Source: Lytechinus pictus (taxonomy: Eukaryota). From it: DNA of 64,000 nucleotides. Shown in pieces: positions 63,305-64,000 of this stretch. The DNA is taken from NCBI RefSeq assembly GCF_037042905.1, contig NC_087249.1:22816001-22880000 (forward strand). The letters are read 5' to 3'. The notes under the pieces are model-generated. The model saw only the letters and a program-made list of their open reading frames with translations. It searched no databases and had not been told where the DNA came from. Position numbers and translations under genes: made by a program. How positions within the stretch are numbered: position 1 is the stretch's first letter; each line of letters begins with the position of its first letter.

Positions 63305-63783
63305 TGGAGTGGCTAAAATTTCACATTTTGCATCTTTAAATCCATGAAATGGTCATTTATTTTCCATATTTCCTTGAATTTTTTTTTAATTAGTTGGAAA
63401 CTATCAAGAAAATTAAGAATATTCACCTCTCTCTTGTCTTTTCTTCATCATTTTATGATGTTACACCATAGAGATATATACTAATAACTAGTAATACATC
63501 TCTATGTGTTACACTCGGTCAATATTTTTTTATTGTAGTCCCACATGTAGACTTTCACGTTTTTTTTCATGCAACATGAAAGTCTACATGTGGGACCACA
63601 ATAACAAAAAACATTTACCGAGTGTAAGCATCATCATAAATCAGAGTCAAGAAAGAGCTGAATAATCTTCATTTTTTCGGTAGTTTCCAACTAAATCAAA
63701 ACAATTTCAAGGTAATATAGAAAATAGATGGCCGGGCCATTTTATGGATTTTTGCAAAAATAAAATGTGAAATTTTAGCCACT
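63305..63783. repeat. Large imperfect palindrome (foldback element core) centred near 63566
   Basis: GTGGCTAAAATTTCACATTTT / AAAATGTGAAATTTTAGCCAC; TTAGTTGGAAACTA / TAGTTTCCAACTAA; GTCCCACATGTAGACTTTCA / TGAAAGTCTACATGTGGGAC; an extra direct copy of the arm unit at ~63145-63285. Confidence 0.85.
63467..63506. mobile_element. 40-bp micro-MITE with perfect 8-bp TSD
   Basis: TGTTACAC|CATAGAGATATATACTAATAACTAGTAATACATCTCTATG|TGTTACAC; absent from the opposite arm of the host palindrome. Confidence 0.85.
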
Positions 63784-63794
63784 GCTTGAGTTTC

Positions 63795-64000
63795 ACGTCA
63801 CATGACCAAGGTCAAAGGTCATTTAGGGTCAATGAACTTTGGCCAAATTGGGGGTATCTGTTGAATTACCATCATAACTTTGAAAGTTTATGGATAGATC
63901 TGATTCATGAAACTTGGACATAAGAGTAATCAAGTATCGCTGAACATCCTGTGCAAGTTTCAGGTCACATGATTAAGGTCAAAGGTCATTTAAGGTCAAT
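63795..64000 (+). repeat. Start of a 167-bp-period tandem repeat (AGGTCAAAGGTCA satellite, Helentron-associated type)
   Basis: CACATGA..AAGGTCAAAGGTCATTTA.GGTCAAT at 63799 and again at 63966; runs off the window. Confidence 0.8.

Overview
AT-rich (~35% GC), repeat-dense eukaryotic DNA with four assembly gaps. The repeat repertoire (poly-G/poly-C hAT-type MITEs with GCGAAGC motifs, TTAAAGG...CCTTTAA MITEs, an AGGTCAAAGGTCA satellite, Academ-type element) is typical of a marine deuterostome, most likely a sea urchin (inference). Only one convincing protein-coding sequence is present: a single-exon, minus-strand, 673-aa type I membrane protein (signal peptide, LRRNT, ~16-17 LRRs, LRRCT, TM, ~100-aa tail ending in a class I PDZ-binding motif ETTV, no TIR domain) at 4332-6353. 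Its coding exon probably begins at a splice acceptor at 7155, and several CpG-rich segments ending in strong minus-strand donors (22582, 46805, 54078, possibly 12409) look like alternative non-coding first exons spread over ~47 kb. Two plus-strand donor-terminated segments near 59.1-59.2 kb and 60.8-61.0 kb suggest the 5' end of a divergent gene. The rest is non-autonomous DNA transposons (several with perfect TSDs), LINE/SINE fragments, satellites and microsatellites. Most notable: an AcademH-type deletion derivative with a 9-bp TSD and a disabled RecQ-helicase N-terminus, a minimal hammerhead-ribozyme-like motif of the Penelope type, a 40-bp micro-transposon with an 8-bp TSD, and strong over-representation of the palindrome TAGGCCTA. 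All other ORFs in the supplied track appear spurious.
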